In this document: one piece after another, positions 19,151 through 28,459 of the stretch
How the letters are laid out: every line of letters starts with the position of its first letter
Numbering within the stretch: the stretch's first letter is position 1
Origin: Candidatus Atelocyanobacterium thalassa isolate ALOHA
GTDB lineage: Bacteria > Cyanobacteriota > Cyanobacteriia > Cyanobacteriales > Microcystaceae
Assembly (NCBI RefSeq): GCF_000025125.1
Contig: NC_013771.1
Coordinates: forward strand, 480,001 to 512,000
DNA length: 32,000 bases
Direction: 5' to 3'
Made by a program: the position numbers and the translations under genes
The notes under the pieces: generated by a model
The model's input: the letters and a program-made list of their open reading frames with translations, nothing else
What the model was told of the DNA's origin: nothing
Database searches by the model: none

Positions 19151-19843
19151 CTATAAATTAGTTAAATAAAAAGATATATATGCACTACCTAGGGGAACCG
19201 TTAAGTTATCAATCCCAAAGCTGGAAAATATTTCGAGTACTGTGGCAACTATGGAAGTGATTAGAGATATTGTGAAAATTTTTGAAGACGGCTCCCCTAC
19301 AAAAAAGAGGACTATACTACAAACAACAAAGCTTACCCCCATCATTGCAAGAGATCCTTCCCAACTTTTGTTAACATTTAATATCTGGTAAGTATGTTTC
19401 CCAAATTTTTGTCCAATAACGGCTGCCATACCATCACCCCAGGTCATTGTTAGAATACCGATAACTACATACTGGATTTCTTTTTGATGCCAGAAGAAAT
19501 AACTTAAAATACCAATGCTACATGCATAGAACAATGTTCCAAAACTTATTCTTTTTATGTCATTTATACTAGGAAAAAGAGAAGAAACATAAGAGGTTAG
19601 AACTAATATCATAGATATTACAGAACCTATTATTAATATCCATGCAGGTAGTTGTGATTTCCATGCAATTAAAATTACATTACCAGAAGCAATATGGACA
19701 ATTTTTCTAGTAATTTCCGTTCTTATATTCCAAGAATGTTTTAAAAATTCAGCTATTGCAAGTACAGTGATTAAATAAGAAATAATTAGAAAGATAGGAA
19801 AGCAAAAGGGATATAAAGCATCAATAAAAGAAGAAAAATACAA
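19151..19843 (-). CDS. Phytol kinase-like membrane protein (VTE5 / dolichol kinase / CdsA superfamily)
   Basis: 230-aa polytopic membrane protein with RKIVHIASGN and WGDGMAAVIGQKFGKH...KSWEGS blocks, typical of cyanobacterial phytol kinase homologues. Confidence 0.65.
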   Translation of the reverse strand: MYFSSFIDALYPFCFPIFLIISYLITVLAIAEFLKHSWNIRTEITRKIVHIASGNVILIAWKSQLPAWILIIGSVISMILVLTSYVSSLFPSINDIKRISFGTLFYACSIGILSYFFWHQKEIQYVVIGILTMTWGDGMAAVIGQKFGKHTYQILNVNKSWEGSLAMMGVSFVVCSIVLFFVGEPSSKIFTISLITSIVATVLEIFSSFGIDNLTVPLGSAYISFYLTNL

Positions 19844-20125
19844 AATAATCTGAATTTAATTTTTAATCTCTTACGTATTATAACTAAGTAAAGTAGTATA
19901 TTTATAAACATATATAAATACGACTATTTGCACATGTTTATAAAACATCTATAAAAGTATTGATGAATTTGCTATTCAATATAAAACTAACTTTTAATAA
20001 GTCAGTTAAAAATATTAATCTTTTTAAAAGAATTAGGAAATGATATCAATTATTGTAATAGTAGTCCTGTTTATCTAAAAAATAAAAAATATACAAGATA
20101 TTCAATCTTGACACTTGCCGTTAAC

Positions 20126-20710
20126 TTAATTAATAAAAAAGCAAGTATTATTCAATGCTTCGCATAAAAGCCTTTTATATTCATTATTATTTATCACATA
20201 CGAGCCAAATCTTTCTAAGTGATTATTCTGTAATTGAACATCAAATAATGTGAATTTTACAGATCTTAAATGCTCTACTAATTTAACCATCGCCACTTTG
20301 GAACCATTTGGTATACGGTAGAACATTGATTCTCCTATAAAAGCGCTTCCAATCGCAATTCCTAAAATTCCTCCAGCTAATTGATCCCCCTGCCAAGTCT
20401 CAAAACTATGAGCAAAACCATTTAAGTGCAATTGGTAATAGATTTGAATTAATTCAGGAGTTATCCAAGTAGTTTCTCTTTCCGCACAACCTTGACAAAC
20501 TTCTAAAAATTTTTTATTAATTGAAATTGAAAATTGCTCTTGATTCAAGATACGTTGTAAAGACTTAGGATATCGAAAACGCTCATCTAAAGGGATTAAA
20601 GTTCTTTGATAGCTTGAATACCAATTCAATACTTTAAACTCATCACCCATTAAAAAATACCCTTGAGTGTATCCCTTTATAATTAGCTCTAAGTTGTTAA
20701 TAAGCTTCAT
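20126..20710 (-). CDS. aat: Leucyl/phenylalanyl-tRNA--protein transferase
   Basis: 194 aa with GYFLMGDE near the N-terminus, the AHSFETW...LAGGILG block and the GESMF motif of L/F-transferases. Confidence 0.85.
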   Translation of the reverse strand: MKLINNLELIIKGYTQGYFLMGDEFKVLNWYSSYQRTLIPLDERFRYPKSLQRILNQEQFSISINKKFLEVCQGCAERETTWITPELIQIYYQLHLNGFAHSFETWQGDQLAGGILGIAIGSAFIGESMFYRIPNGSKVAMVKLVEHLRSVKFTLFDVQLQNNHLERFGSYVINNNEYKRLLCEALNNTCFFIN

Positions 20711-20939
20711 CGTATACTTTCATATTTGATTTCTAGCATATGATGAATAAGAGTTTTCTATTTGTAAGGAAAACTCTATGAGACGATATACTGTATTAAA
20801 ACGATTAATAATATTATTCAATAATAAATACTATTTGAAGAATGATTTAATCATTAATTGAATATAAGTTTCTTTAAACTTTTACTTTGCTAGATTAACG
20901 ACAGATTTAAGTATGATGTAATATCTACTAAAGATTTAG

Positions 20940-20961
20940 AGGGTATATTTTCTTATACCCT
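20940..20961. terminator. Hairpin AGGGTATA-TTTTCT-TATACCCT just beyond the rpsN stop; the U-tract lies on the plus strand
   Basis: The 8-bp stem at 20940-20947 pairs with 20954-20961. On the plus strand it is followed by TATTTTTAT; on the minus strand there is no T-run. Confidence 0.3.
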
Positions 20962-20977
20962 TATTTTTATCTAAGGA

Positions 20978-21281
20978 TTACCAACTAGATTTAACAACTC
21001 CAGGTAATAGTCCTTCATGAGCCCATTCTCTTAAAACGTTACGCGATAAGCCAAAGTCTCTATAGTATCCTCTTGGACGGCCAGTAAGCCAACAGCGGTT
21101 CCGATGACGTGTAGGAGCACTATTTCGAGGAAGACGTTGAATTTGGCGGTGAATTTCAATTTTCTCCTCATAATTTTCTGCATTATGAAAAGCTTCTTTC
21201 AAAGAGGCTCTTTTCTCAGCATATTTCTGAATCAGACGTTCTTCTTTTTTTTTCTCGTTCGATCATGCTTTTTTTAGCCAT
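20978..21281 (-). CDS. rpsN: 30S ribosomal protein S14, interrupted by a single-nucleotide frameshift in an A9 tract
   Basis: The minus-strand ATG at 21281 opens [12 protein letters not shown]. After the A9 run (plus-strand T9 at 21245-21253) this frame stops at 21218-21216. The remainder, [23 protein letters not shown]...[41 protein letters not shown], is open in the neighbouring frame down to 20978. Reading A8 gives a canonical 100-aa S14. Confidence 0.85.
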
Positions 21282-21415
21282 AAAACTTCTGATGTAATTT
21301 TTCCATTTTAAAATGTACCGTCTCTAATATATCAAAAAATTACCAATAGAAAAGCTTATTCTTATTCTTTTATTAAAAACTTTCTACATTTTAAGTTGTC
21401 TTAATGGATTTTTTA

Positions 21416-22723
21416 CTAAATACTTGAAGTATTTAGTAAAATAAAATCTTTTGATATGGGGATAATATGTTCTCGCAAGACAGAAAGAGCTTTAATATAC
21501 TGAGGATCTGCTTTAGTTCCTACTAAAGTTGGATCATTTTTTAGACGAACTTGTTCTTGCACAGTTAAATCCAAATAAATATTTGGAGTAATTCCTTTAT
21601 AGTTAATGTCTTTACCACTAGGTGGATAGTAACGAGCAATAGTAACTGCCAAGCCTGAACCATCAGATAATGAATGAACTGATTGTACAGTCCCTTTCCC
21701 ATAGGTTGTGGTGCCAATTACAGTAGCACGATTATTTTCTTTTAAAGCACCAGCTAATATTTCACTAGCACTTGCAGACCATTTATTAACTAAAACAACT
21801 AAAGGTAAACTTGTTAAAGATGTACCGTTGGCTGAAAAATTTTGATTGCCTCCTTTACGATCAATTGTACTGACAATTTTTCCTTTTTCAAGCCAGAGAC
21901 GAGCAATGTTGACACTCGAAAACAGTAAACCACCAGGATTTCCTCTCAAATCTAAAATAAATCCAGAAACTTCTTGTTTTCTAAGCTCATCAATTGCTTG
22001 TTTCATTTGCTCAGTTGCATGCGAACTAAATTCATCAAGCTTAATATATCCTATGCTATGAAGCCTTTCTTCTTGGAGATGATAACTTACAGAAGCAATT
22101 TGTATTTGAGTACGTTTAAGAGTAACTTGGAAAATTCCTTTGTCACGACGTGATAATTGTAAGTTAACTTCAGTTCCTAGCTTTCCAAAGATAGCTTCTT
22201 GGGCTTGTTCTAGAGTCATTAATGCAGTTGGTTGACCATTAATACGAATTAGACGATCACCACGTTTAAGTCCTGCTTCCATGGCAGGAGAGCTTCTAAT
22301 TGTTTCTACTACGTATAACTCACTAGTTCTTCTGTCAATTGCCAATCTAATACCAATTCCTGAAAGCTCTCCTGATGTCTGGCTGGTAAGCATAGAGAAC
22401 TCTTGAGGAGGTAAAAATCGAGTATATGGATCTCCTAACTTTTTTAAAGCTTCACTAATAATTTTGTATGCTTGTTTAGAGTTTTTATATTTTTGAGACA
22501 ACAATTCTTGTCTTTTCTCTTTCCAGTTAATTCGGTTAAATTCTAAATCTACAAACTCATTGTTCACAATTTGCCAAATTTCGTCTATTACAGCTTTGGG
22601 ATTGTCCTCAGGGATATCGAAGCCTAAACTAGGAGAAATAACTATCAATGTGGATAATATTCCTACGGTACTACTCCATAACAATGACTTATAAGCATGT
22701 AATGATTTTATTGAATATTTCAT
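21416..22723 (-). CDS. Carboxyl-terminal processing protease (peptidase S41, Ctp family)
   Basis: 435 aa with an N-terminal signal or anchor and a PDZ region (GIGIRL...SPAMEAGLKRGDRLIRINGQP). The catalytic serine context is NKWSASASEILAGALK and the lysine context is TYGKGTVQ. Confidence 0.9.
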   Translation of the reverse strand: MKYSIKSLHAYKSLLWSSTVGILSTLIVISPSLGFDIPEDNPKAVIDEIWQIVNNEFVDLEFNRINWKEKRQELLSQKYKNSKQAYKIISEALKKLGDPYTRFLPPQEFSMLTSQTSGELSGIGIRLAIDRRTSELYVVETIRSSPAMEAGLKRGDRLIRINGQPTALMTLEQAQEAIFGKLGTEVNLQLSRRDKGIFQVTLKRTQIQIASVSYHLQEERLHSIGYIKLDEFSSHATEQMKQAIDELRKQEVSGFILDLRGNPGGLLFSSVNIARLWLEKGKIVSTIDRKGGNQNFSANGTSLTSLPLVVLVNKWSASASEILAGALKENNRATVIGTTTYGKGTVQSVHSLSDGSGLAVTIARYYPPSGKDINYKGITPNIYLDLTVQEQVRLKNDPTLVGTKADPQYIKALSVLREHIIPISKDFILLNTSSI

Positions 22724-22896
22724 TTTATAGAATTATTTACATGGTATGAATTTAGTATTGAATAAAAATTAGATAAATTAGTTATGTTGATTATTAAGTA
22801 TGAGCAGACAATATCTAACTACTAATAATTGTGCAGTACGCTTTTTATTATGTTACATACATGTTATTTCTGGAAATTAAATATTACTTTTTTGTA

Positions 22897-22970
22897 TCGG
22901 GATGACAGGATTCGAACCTGTGACATCCTGCTCCCAAAGCAGGCGCGCTACCAAGCTGCGCTACATCCCG
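22897..22970 (-). tRNA. tRNA-Pro (anticodon UGG), CCA not encoded
   Basis: Minus strand reads CGGGATG-TA-GCGC-AGCTTGGTA-GCGC-G-CCTGC-TTTGGGA-GCAGG-ATGTC-ACAGG-TTCGAAT-CCTGT-CATCCCG-A. All stems are perfect. Confidence 0.9.
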
Positions 22971-23003
22971 TAGTATCACCTTTTGTATTATAACTAATTT
23001 TTC

Positions 23004-23507
23004 TTAATTAGGGTACCAAAACATTCCTTTTATTCCTTCTGGTTCAATTACGAATCCTAAACGACAGTAAAAATCAACTACTTGAGGATCCGCAAAAAGT
23101 GTAATATTACTAATATCTTCATTTTTTAAATGTCTGATCATATAGCTTATCATTCCTTTGCCTAATCCTTGACTTTGAAATCTAGGATGAATAACTACAT
23201 CCCAAATAGTTGCATTAAATGCATGATCTGAAGTTGCGCGAGCAAATCCAATTAGACGTCGCTGGTTTTTTCTAATTTCCCATGCAGAAACTATTATGAA
23301 ACTGTTTTTTAGCGCTCTTTGGATCTTTCGAAGAGGACGACGGCTCCATCCTACAGAATCGCAAAGTTCTTCTAAATCATGTAAATCAATTTTTCTTTCT
23401 TTTGTAAAGAAAATACGAGATTGGACTGTGTTCTTTTTTCTCAAATTTATTTTTTTCGATAACGAGGTGGATTTAGTCTCAATATTTGAATTGATATTAT
23501 TAAACAA
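23004..23507 (-). CDS. GNAT-family N-acetyltransferase (Ycf52-like)
   Basis: 167 aa. The acetyl-CoA binding motif is [11 protein letters not shown]. The conserved ending [32 protein letters not shown] resembles cyanobacterial and plastid Ycf52 proteins, recalled from memory. Confidence 0.75.
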   Translation of the reverse strand: MFNNINSNIETKSTSLSKKINLRKKNTVQSRIFFTKERKIDLHDLEELCDSVGWSRRPLRKIQRALKNSFIIVSAWEIRKNQRRLIGFARATSDHAFNATIWDVVIHPRFQSQGLGKGMISYMIRHLKNEDISNITLFADPQVVDFYCRLGFVIEPEGIKGMFWYPN

Positions 23508-24058
23508 TCGTTTCTAAAAGAACATTAAACGGGAAATAAAGCTTTATTTTAAGTAAGTATCTAACGCAAAATTAATAATCTATAGTAACAACTTTTAGTT
23601 TATTAATTTAAGAATATTTCAATAGTATTCTGTAATATCTTTATACCATAAAATTGATTTTATGGTACAAAACATCTATCTTTTATAAATAATAGTAGTG
23701 AACACCTACATAAGTAATATTGATATTACAGTGTGAATATAAGCAAAATCTTTTTTAACAGTAATCAAATATCGATTAAGCTAAGATAAAAACGCTTTTT
23801 CTGGCGAATACTAAATATATAGTTCTTAATGTAAAATAATTTATATTATCTTTATTTAAGGATATGAAATTACGCTAATTTGTAAAAATATTTTGAGTAA
23901 TTATTTAATAGCGTCTTAAATAAAATTCTAAGAATGTAAAGTCAGCAATATGTTAATAATCAATCCTTGTAAAAAGACGTTTTTTATAATCTATTTTTTA
24001 TAAAAATATGATATCGTAATGGACAATAAATATAATTACTATATTTTTAAGAATTAAT

Positions 24059-24379
24059 ATGAAACATTTTAAAGAAGAATGGATCGAAGACTGGTGTGAG
24101 CAAAATGGTTGGACTGATTTAACAAGAGAAAGTCAAACTAGCTATTGGGCTTTTCCCCCTAGTGCAGTGATGCCAGAACCCATACCTTTTAATGTGTTAC
24201 AGTCGATCAAAAACAATAATGGATTTTGTTCTGAAGAAAAACTTTGGTTATTTTCAGCTATTACAATTTCACTAGTATCTGTTTTTCTAAGTTATTGGAT
24301 TAAAAGCCCTGTACCAGCACTTTTAGCTTTCGCCTTTGATGCTTTCATTTTTGCTAACTTAGAATTTGAAGAATTTTGA
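24059..24379 (+). CDS. Hypothetical small membrane protein
   Basis: 106-aa ATG ORF. A soluble Trp-rich N-terminus (EEWIEDWCEQNGWTDL...YWAFPP) is followed by two hydrophobic helices. It ends upstream of a strong bidirectional terminator. Confidence 0.5.
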   Translation: MKHFKEEWIEDWCEQNGWTDLTRESQTSYWAFPPSAVMPEPIPFNVLQSIKNNNGFCSEEKLWLFSAITISLVSVFLSYWIKSPVPALLAFAFDAFIFANLEFEEF

Positions 24380-24510
24380 TGAATCCAGATTTAATTAAAT
24401 CCTAGAAAAATTATTCAGCTCTGTTAATTTTTGTCTCCGACAGTTTCAATATTAAAATTTTTCTGCAAATTTTAATCGAATACTTATTTGTTTATTCTTA
24501 CTATTTTCAA

Positions 24511-24544
24511 TAAAAACAGACAGATCTTAATCTGTCTGTTTTTA
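24511..24544. terminator. Bidirectional intrinsic terminator between the hypothetical gene (+) and petA (-)
   Basis: Core stem CAGACAGAT/ATCTGTCTG with loop CTTA, flanked by AAAAA on the left and TTTTT on the right, so either strand gets a hairpin plus U-tract. It lies 30 nt beyond the petA stop. Confidence 0.7.
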
Positions 24545-24573
24545 AAAACTAATTAACTTGTTTTTAAACAATT

Positions 24574-25560
24574 TTAAAAGTTCATATCAGCTGCTTGAAC
24601 TCGTTCTACTTGCTTCTTCTTAATAACTAAGAGAATTTGTACTAACATTATTCCAGCTAGGAAAAGCATTAGACCTTTTATACGATCTGGATTTTGTAAA
24701 ACAACTTCCGTATCTTTTTGTCCAAAGCCACCTACATTTGGATTGTTAGTTAGAGGTTGTCCAGCTTCAACTTCATTTCCTTCGGAAACAATTAGTTCAG
24801 GCCCTGCAGGTATTTTTTCCTCAATGTTGCCGTCAGAAGTAGCAATAGTTACGTTATGTCCACCATCTTCTTGATCGATAATTTGAGTAATATTTCCTGC
24901 TTGTGAAGCTTTGAAAACATTATTGTTACTTAATTGTCCAGTTGGATATACTTGTCCACGACCACGATTAGCACCTAGATGAACTTGATACTTGCCGAAA
25001 TGGATATTTTTATCAACAGCAGGACTAGGAGATAATACTGGAAAAATAATTTCCTGATATTCTTCTCCAGGCAGAGGACCTACAAGAACAACATTTTCTT
25101 GATCTTCACGATAGCTTTGAAAGAAGACACTACCCATTTCTTCTTTAAGTTCTTCAGAGATTCGTTCAGGAGGAGCAATTTTAAAACCTTCTGGTAACAT
25201 TAAAACAGCTCCTACATTAAGTCCTCCTTTAGAACCATCCCCAAGTATCTGTTGTGAATTTAGATCATAAGGAATTTTAACAACAGCTTTAAAAACTGTG
25301 TCAGGTAAAACGGAATGTGGGATTTCTACTTCAGCAGGTTTTTGTCCTAGATGGCAGTTAGCACAGACAATTTTTCCTGTAGCTTCTCTAGGAGTCTCTG
25401 GAGCAGTTTCTTGGGCCCAAAAGGGATAAGCAGTTGCAGTTTGAGTAAAAACAAAACAATTACAAATCAGCAAAACAATTGTCGTCACTCCTAATAAAAA
25501 TGACTTTAGTAAAGTTTGCTTACCTGTAGACCAAATTGCCGAAAAATCGGATATTCTCAT
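24574..25560 (-). CDS. petA: Apocytochrome f
   Basis: 328 aa. A signal peptide is followed by the mature N-terminus YPFWAQE, the CANCH heme-binding motif and a C-terminal TM anchor (LMLFLAGIMLVQILLVI). Confidence 0.95.
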   Translation of the reverse strand: MRISDFSAIWSTGKQTLLKSFLLGVTTIVLLICNCFVFTQTATAYPFWAQETAPETPREATGKIVCANCHLGQKPAEVEIPHSVLPDTVFKAVVKIPYDLNSQQILGDGSKGGLNVGAVLMLPEGFKIAPPERISEELKEEMGSVFFQSYREDQENVVLVGPLPGEEYQEIIFPVLSPSPAVDKNIHFGKYQVHLGANRGRGQVYPTGQLSNNNVFKASQAGNITQIIDQEDGGHNVTIATSDGNIEEKIPAGPELIVSEGNEVEAGQPLTNNPNVGGFGQKDTEVVLQNPDRIKGLMLFLAGIMLVQILLVIKKKQVERVQAADMNF

Positions 25561-25609
25561 TGCTCAGTCAAATTATATAATTCTTAAACAGTAAAATGGA
25601 AACTTAAAT

Positions 25610-26152
25610 TTAAGTCCACCATGGAGATTTGTCAGTACGAAAATCAGTTTCTGCCCAGTTAGAGAACATGACTTTATCATCTTCGTCCACATTAACGTGA
25701 GCTAATGCTAGTGAAAGAGGAGCAGGACCACGAACTACTTTACCTCTGGCATCGTACTGAGAGCCGTGACAAGGACAAATAAATTTATCTTCGCCAGCAT
25801 TCCAAGGAACAACACAACCTAAATGGGTACAAACAGCATTAATACCATAACTTGAAATCGTGTTATCTCCTTCAATAACAAGATACGTAGGATCACCTTT
25901 TAAACCCTGGCTTAAAACACGGTCACCTACTTTATGGCTGGAAATAAATTCAGTAGCAACGATATCATTTCCTAAAGCATCTTTAGCAACAATACCACCA
26001 CCACTCCCTCCACTAGAAGGAGGAACAAAGTATTTAACTACAGGATATAGTGCGCCAGCAGCTACTCCTGTAATTGTTCCAAAAGTGAGTAAGTTCATAA
26101 ATTGGCGACGTCCCATATCGGGGACATCTGATGAACCAGATACTTGTGTCAT
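25610..26152 (-). CDS. petC: Cytochrome b6f Rieske iron-sulfur subunit
   Basis: 180 aa. [12 protein letters not shown]-terminal anchor, Rieske boxes CTHLGC and CPCHGS, and the C-terminal end SPWW. It lies 49 nt upstream of petA on the same strand (petCA operon). Confidence 0.95.
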   Translation of the reverse strand: MTQVSGSSDVPDMGRRQFMNLLTFGTITGVAAGALYPVVKYFVPPSSGGSGGGIVAKDALGNDIVATEFISSHKVGDRVLSQGLKGDPTYLVIEGDNTISSYGINAVCTHLGCVVPWNAGEDKFICPCHGSQYDARGKVVRGPAPLSLALAHVNVDEDDKVMFSNWAETDFRTDKSPWWT

Positions 26153-26819
26153 AACATTTTTTAGATGATCTAGGTTAATTTGTAGATTGAGAGATTAATC
26201 TCAATAACGCTTTAGGTAGTACGCTATAAGAAAATATAGTGATGAACATACCTTTTAGAAAGATAAAGTTACCAAAATCTTCATATAAATAAATTAAAGA
26301 CTTTTAGTAATTTACTAGCCCATATTAAATTATGGCAGAAATTGTTGACAATGTATAAGGTACTTTTAAGGAAACCAAATATTTATATAAAGATTTTTGA
26401 TCTTAATTTATCCTCTTAAAACATTTTATTGAAGATTATACTCTTACCTTTAAATACTTTATATGTTGAATTTATAAGAAAGAGTATAATTAATTTGGTT
26501 ATGAAAGATTAGATAAAAGATTAGCAGTTTTAATTTGTAAATTAATTTTTTTGGGTAACAACTTCTGCTTAGTGTCTAGTAGAAGTTCATTAAGTGTCAT
26601 GTACTATATTTATAAAAAAAATTTAAAGGACCAAAATAATTTTTTTATAGATAACGAAATATTGTTAAGATTGGTTTTAGAAAATAACTTCAAGATTCTC
26701 ATGTAAGTGATATTTCAAAATAACAACTAGATTCTTTAACAGATCACTAATTACAATTTTTCTTCTAAAGAAGAAACAAAAAAAATAAACTAAATATTAA
26801 ACTAATAAAGCCTAGGTTT

Positions 26820-28298
26820 ATGAAATCTTCACTTATCATTTTATATCATCGTGAACCTCATGATGAAGTGATTGAAAACGGTACTATAAGGTATATTCCT
26901 CATAAGAGTCCTAATGGCATTATTCCAACCTTAAAAAGTTTTTTTGCTAATAATTTTCAAGGAACTTGGATAGCCTGGAAGCAAGTCTCAGAAAAGCAGA
27001 GAAGTGATTTTAGTGAAAAAGTAAGTGTGGAAAATGATGAAAATTATCATGTCTTTCGTATACCTTTGAGTCCTGAACAAGTAAAAAGCTTTTATTATAT
27101 AACCTCGAAAGAGGCTTTTTGGCCTATACTTCACTCTTTCCCCTATCACTTTACTAGCAAATCTTCAAATTGGAGTAATTTTGTAGAGATCAATTGCCTT
27201 TTTGCTGAAGCTGCTTGTAAATATGCAAGAGATGACACCTTAATTTGGATACATGACTATAATCTATGGCTAGTCCCCTATTTCATAAGACAAAAAAAGC
27301 CAAATATTCGTATTGCTTTTTTTCATCATACACCTTTTCCTCCTGCAGATATTTTTAATATTCTTCCTTGGAGAGAGTCAATTATAGACAGTTTACTTAG
27401 CTGTGATTTAGTAGGCTTTCATATTCCCCGCTATTCTGAAAACTTTATTAATACCATTCAAAGTTTACGTTCTATTGATATTGTAGAAAAGAAACAAGTT
27501 CCAAAACACCTAACTTCCATGGGGACTGCTTTAGCACAACGAGAATTTACAACTAAAATAAAGTGTAATAACCAAATTATTAAAATTGATGCATTTCCAG
27601 TAGGAACTAATCCAAAAGATATTTTACAGGTTTTGTACTCTGAATATGCAGTAAAAAGATTCAGAAAAATTAAAGAAAGTTTTCATGGCTGCAAAACAAT
27701 CATCGCAGCTGGACGAGTTGATTATGTTAAAGGAAATACTCAAAAGCTAGAAGCTTTTGATCGTTTATTAAAACGTCGTCCTGAATTACATGGAAAAATT
27801 AAATTTGTACTTACCTGTGTACGAGCAGCTACTGAAATTAGGATATATAAAGAAGCACAAAATCAAATCGAGCAATTGGTAGGTGCAATTAATGGTAATT
27901 ACTCTAGCTCAAGTTGGACACCAGTTACATTATTTACTGAACCTGTTTCTCTATTAGATTTATTTTGTTATTACAAAGCTGCTGATATCTGCTGGACAAC
28001 ACCTCTAAGAGATGGACTAAATCTTGTTGCGAAAGAATATATTATCGCCCATGAAGGGGTTAACGGTGTACTGATATTATCAGAATTTGTCGGAGCAGCT
28101 ATTGAATTACCTCAAGCGATTTTAGTAAATCCTTATTCATCTGAATTAATGGATCAAGCTATTGACGAGGCTTTAGGCATGCCTGAAGAAGAACAAAGAG
28201 AAAAAATGGCTAAAATGTATGAAATTGTTAGTACCTATGATGTTCAATATTGGGCAAATCGTTTTTTACATCACTTTAGCAATAATCTTAAAGCGTGA
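26820..28298 (+). CDS. ggpS: Glucosylglycerol-phosphate synthase (GT20, OtsA-like)
   Basis: 492 aa. The N-terminus SSLIILYHREPHDEV...KSPNGIIPTLKSFFA...WIAWKQV closely follows remembered Synechocystis GgpS. Length is typical. Confidence 0.8.
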   Translation: MKSSLIILYHREPHDEVIENGTIRYIPHKSPNGIIPTLKSFFANNFQGTWIAWKQVSEKQRSDFSEKVSVENDENYHVFRIPLSPEQVKSFYYITSKEAFWPILHSFPYHFTSKSSNWSNFVEINCLFAEAACKYARDDTLIWIHDYNLWLVPYFIRQKKPNIRIAFFHHTPFPPADIFNILPWRESIIDSLLSCDLVGFHIPRYSENFINTIQSLRSIDIVEKKQVPKHLTSMGTALAQREFTTKIKCNNQIIKIDAFPVGTNPKDILQVLYSEYAVKRFRKIKESFHGCKTIIAAGRVDYVKGNTQKLEAFDRLLKRRPELHGKIKFVLTCVRAATEIRIYKEAQNQIEQLVGAINGNYSSSSWTPVTLFTEPVSLLDLFCYYKAADICWTTPLRDGLNLVAKEYIIAHEGVNGVLILSEFVGAAIELPQAILVNPYSSELMDQAIDEALGMPEEEQREKMAKMYEIVSTYDVQYWANRFLHHFSNNLKA

Positions 28299-28459
28299 AT
28301 ACATATTGGCGTATTGACTATACTGCTTGACGTATTTAATTGAATATTTATATTATCTCTGCCATGTAATAGAAACTAAGCGTCTATAGGATATGAATAT
28401 AATTTGAATTTTACATGATAGAGGAATATATACTAGATTTAGTGTTTGTCTAGTTTATT

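Noticed and set aside
20040-20078. 11-codon hydrophobic mini-ORF (MISIIVIVVLF) in the spacer between the phytol-kinase-like gene and aat
   Set aside because: It is too short, the purine-rich AGGAA stretch abuts the ATG with no usable spacing, and hydrophobic peptides are the default translation of AT-rich DNA.
25860-26168. 102-aa plus-strand ORF antisense to petC
   Set aside because: It lies entirely within the Rieske gene on the opposite strand. The Pro-rich translation reflects the complement of Gly codons. It is a shadow ORF.
26190-26210. 12-bp palindrome GAGATTAATCTC in the petC 5-prime leader as a possible operator
   Set aside because: It is short and AT-rich, the flanks do not extend the symmetry, and nothing distinguishes it from chance in this composition.
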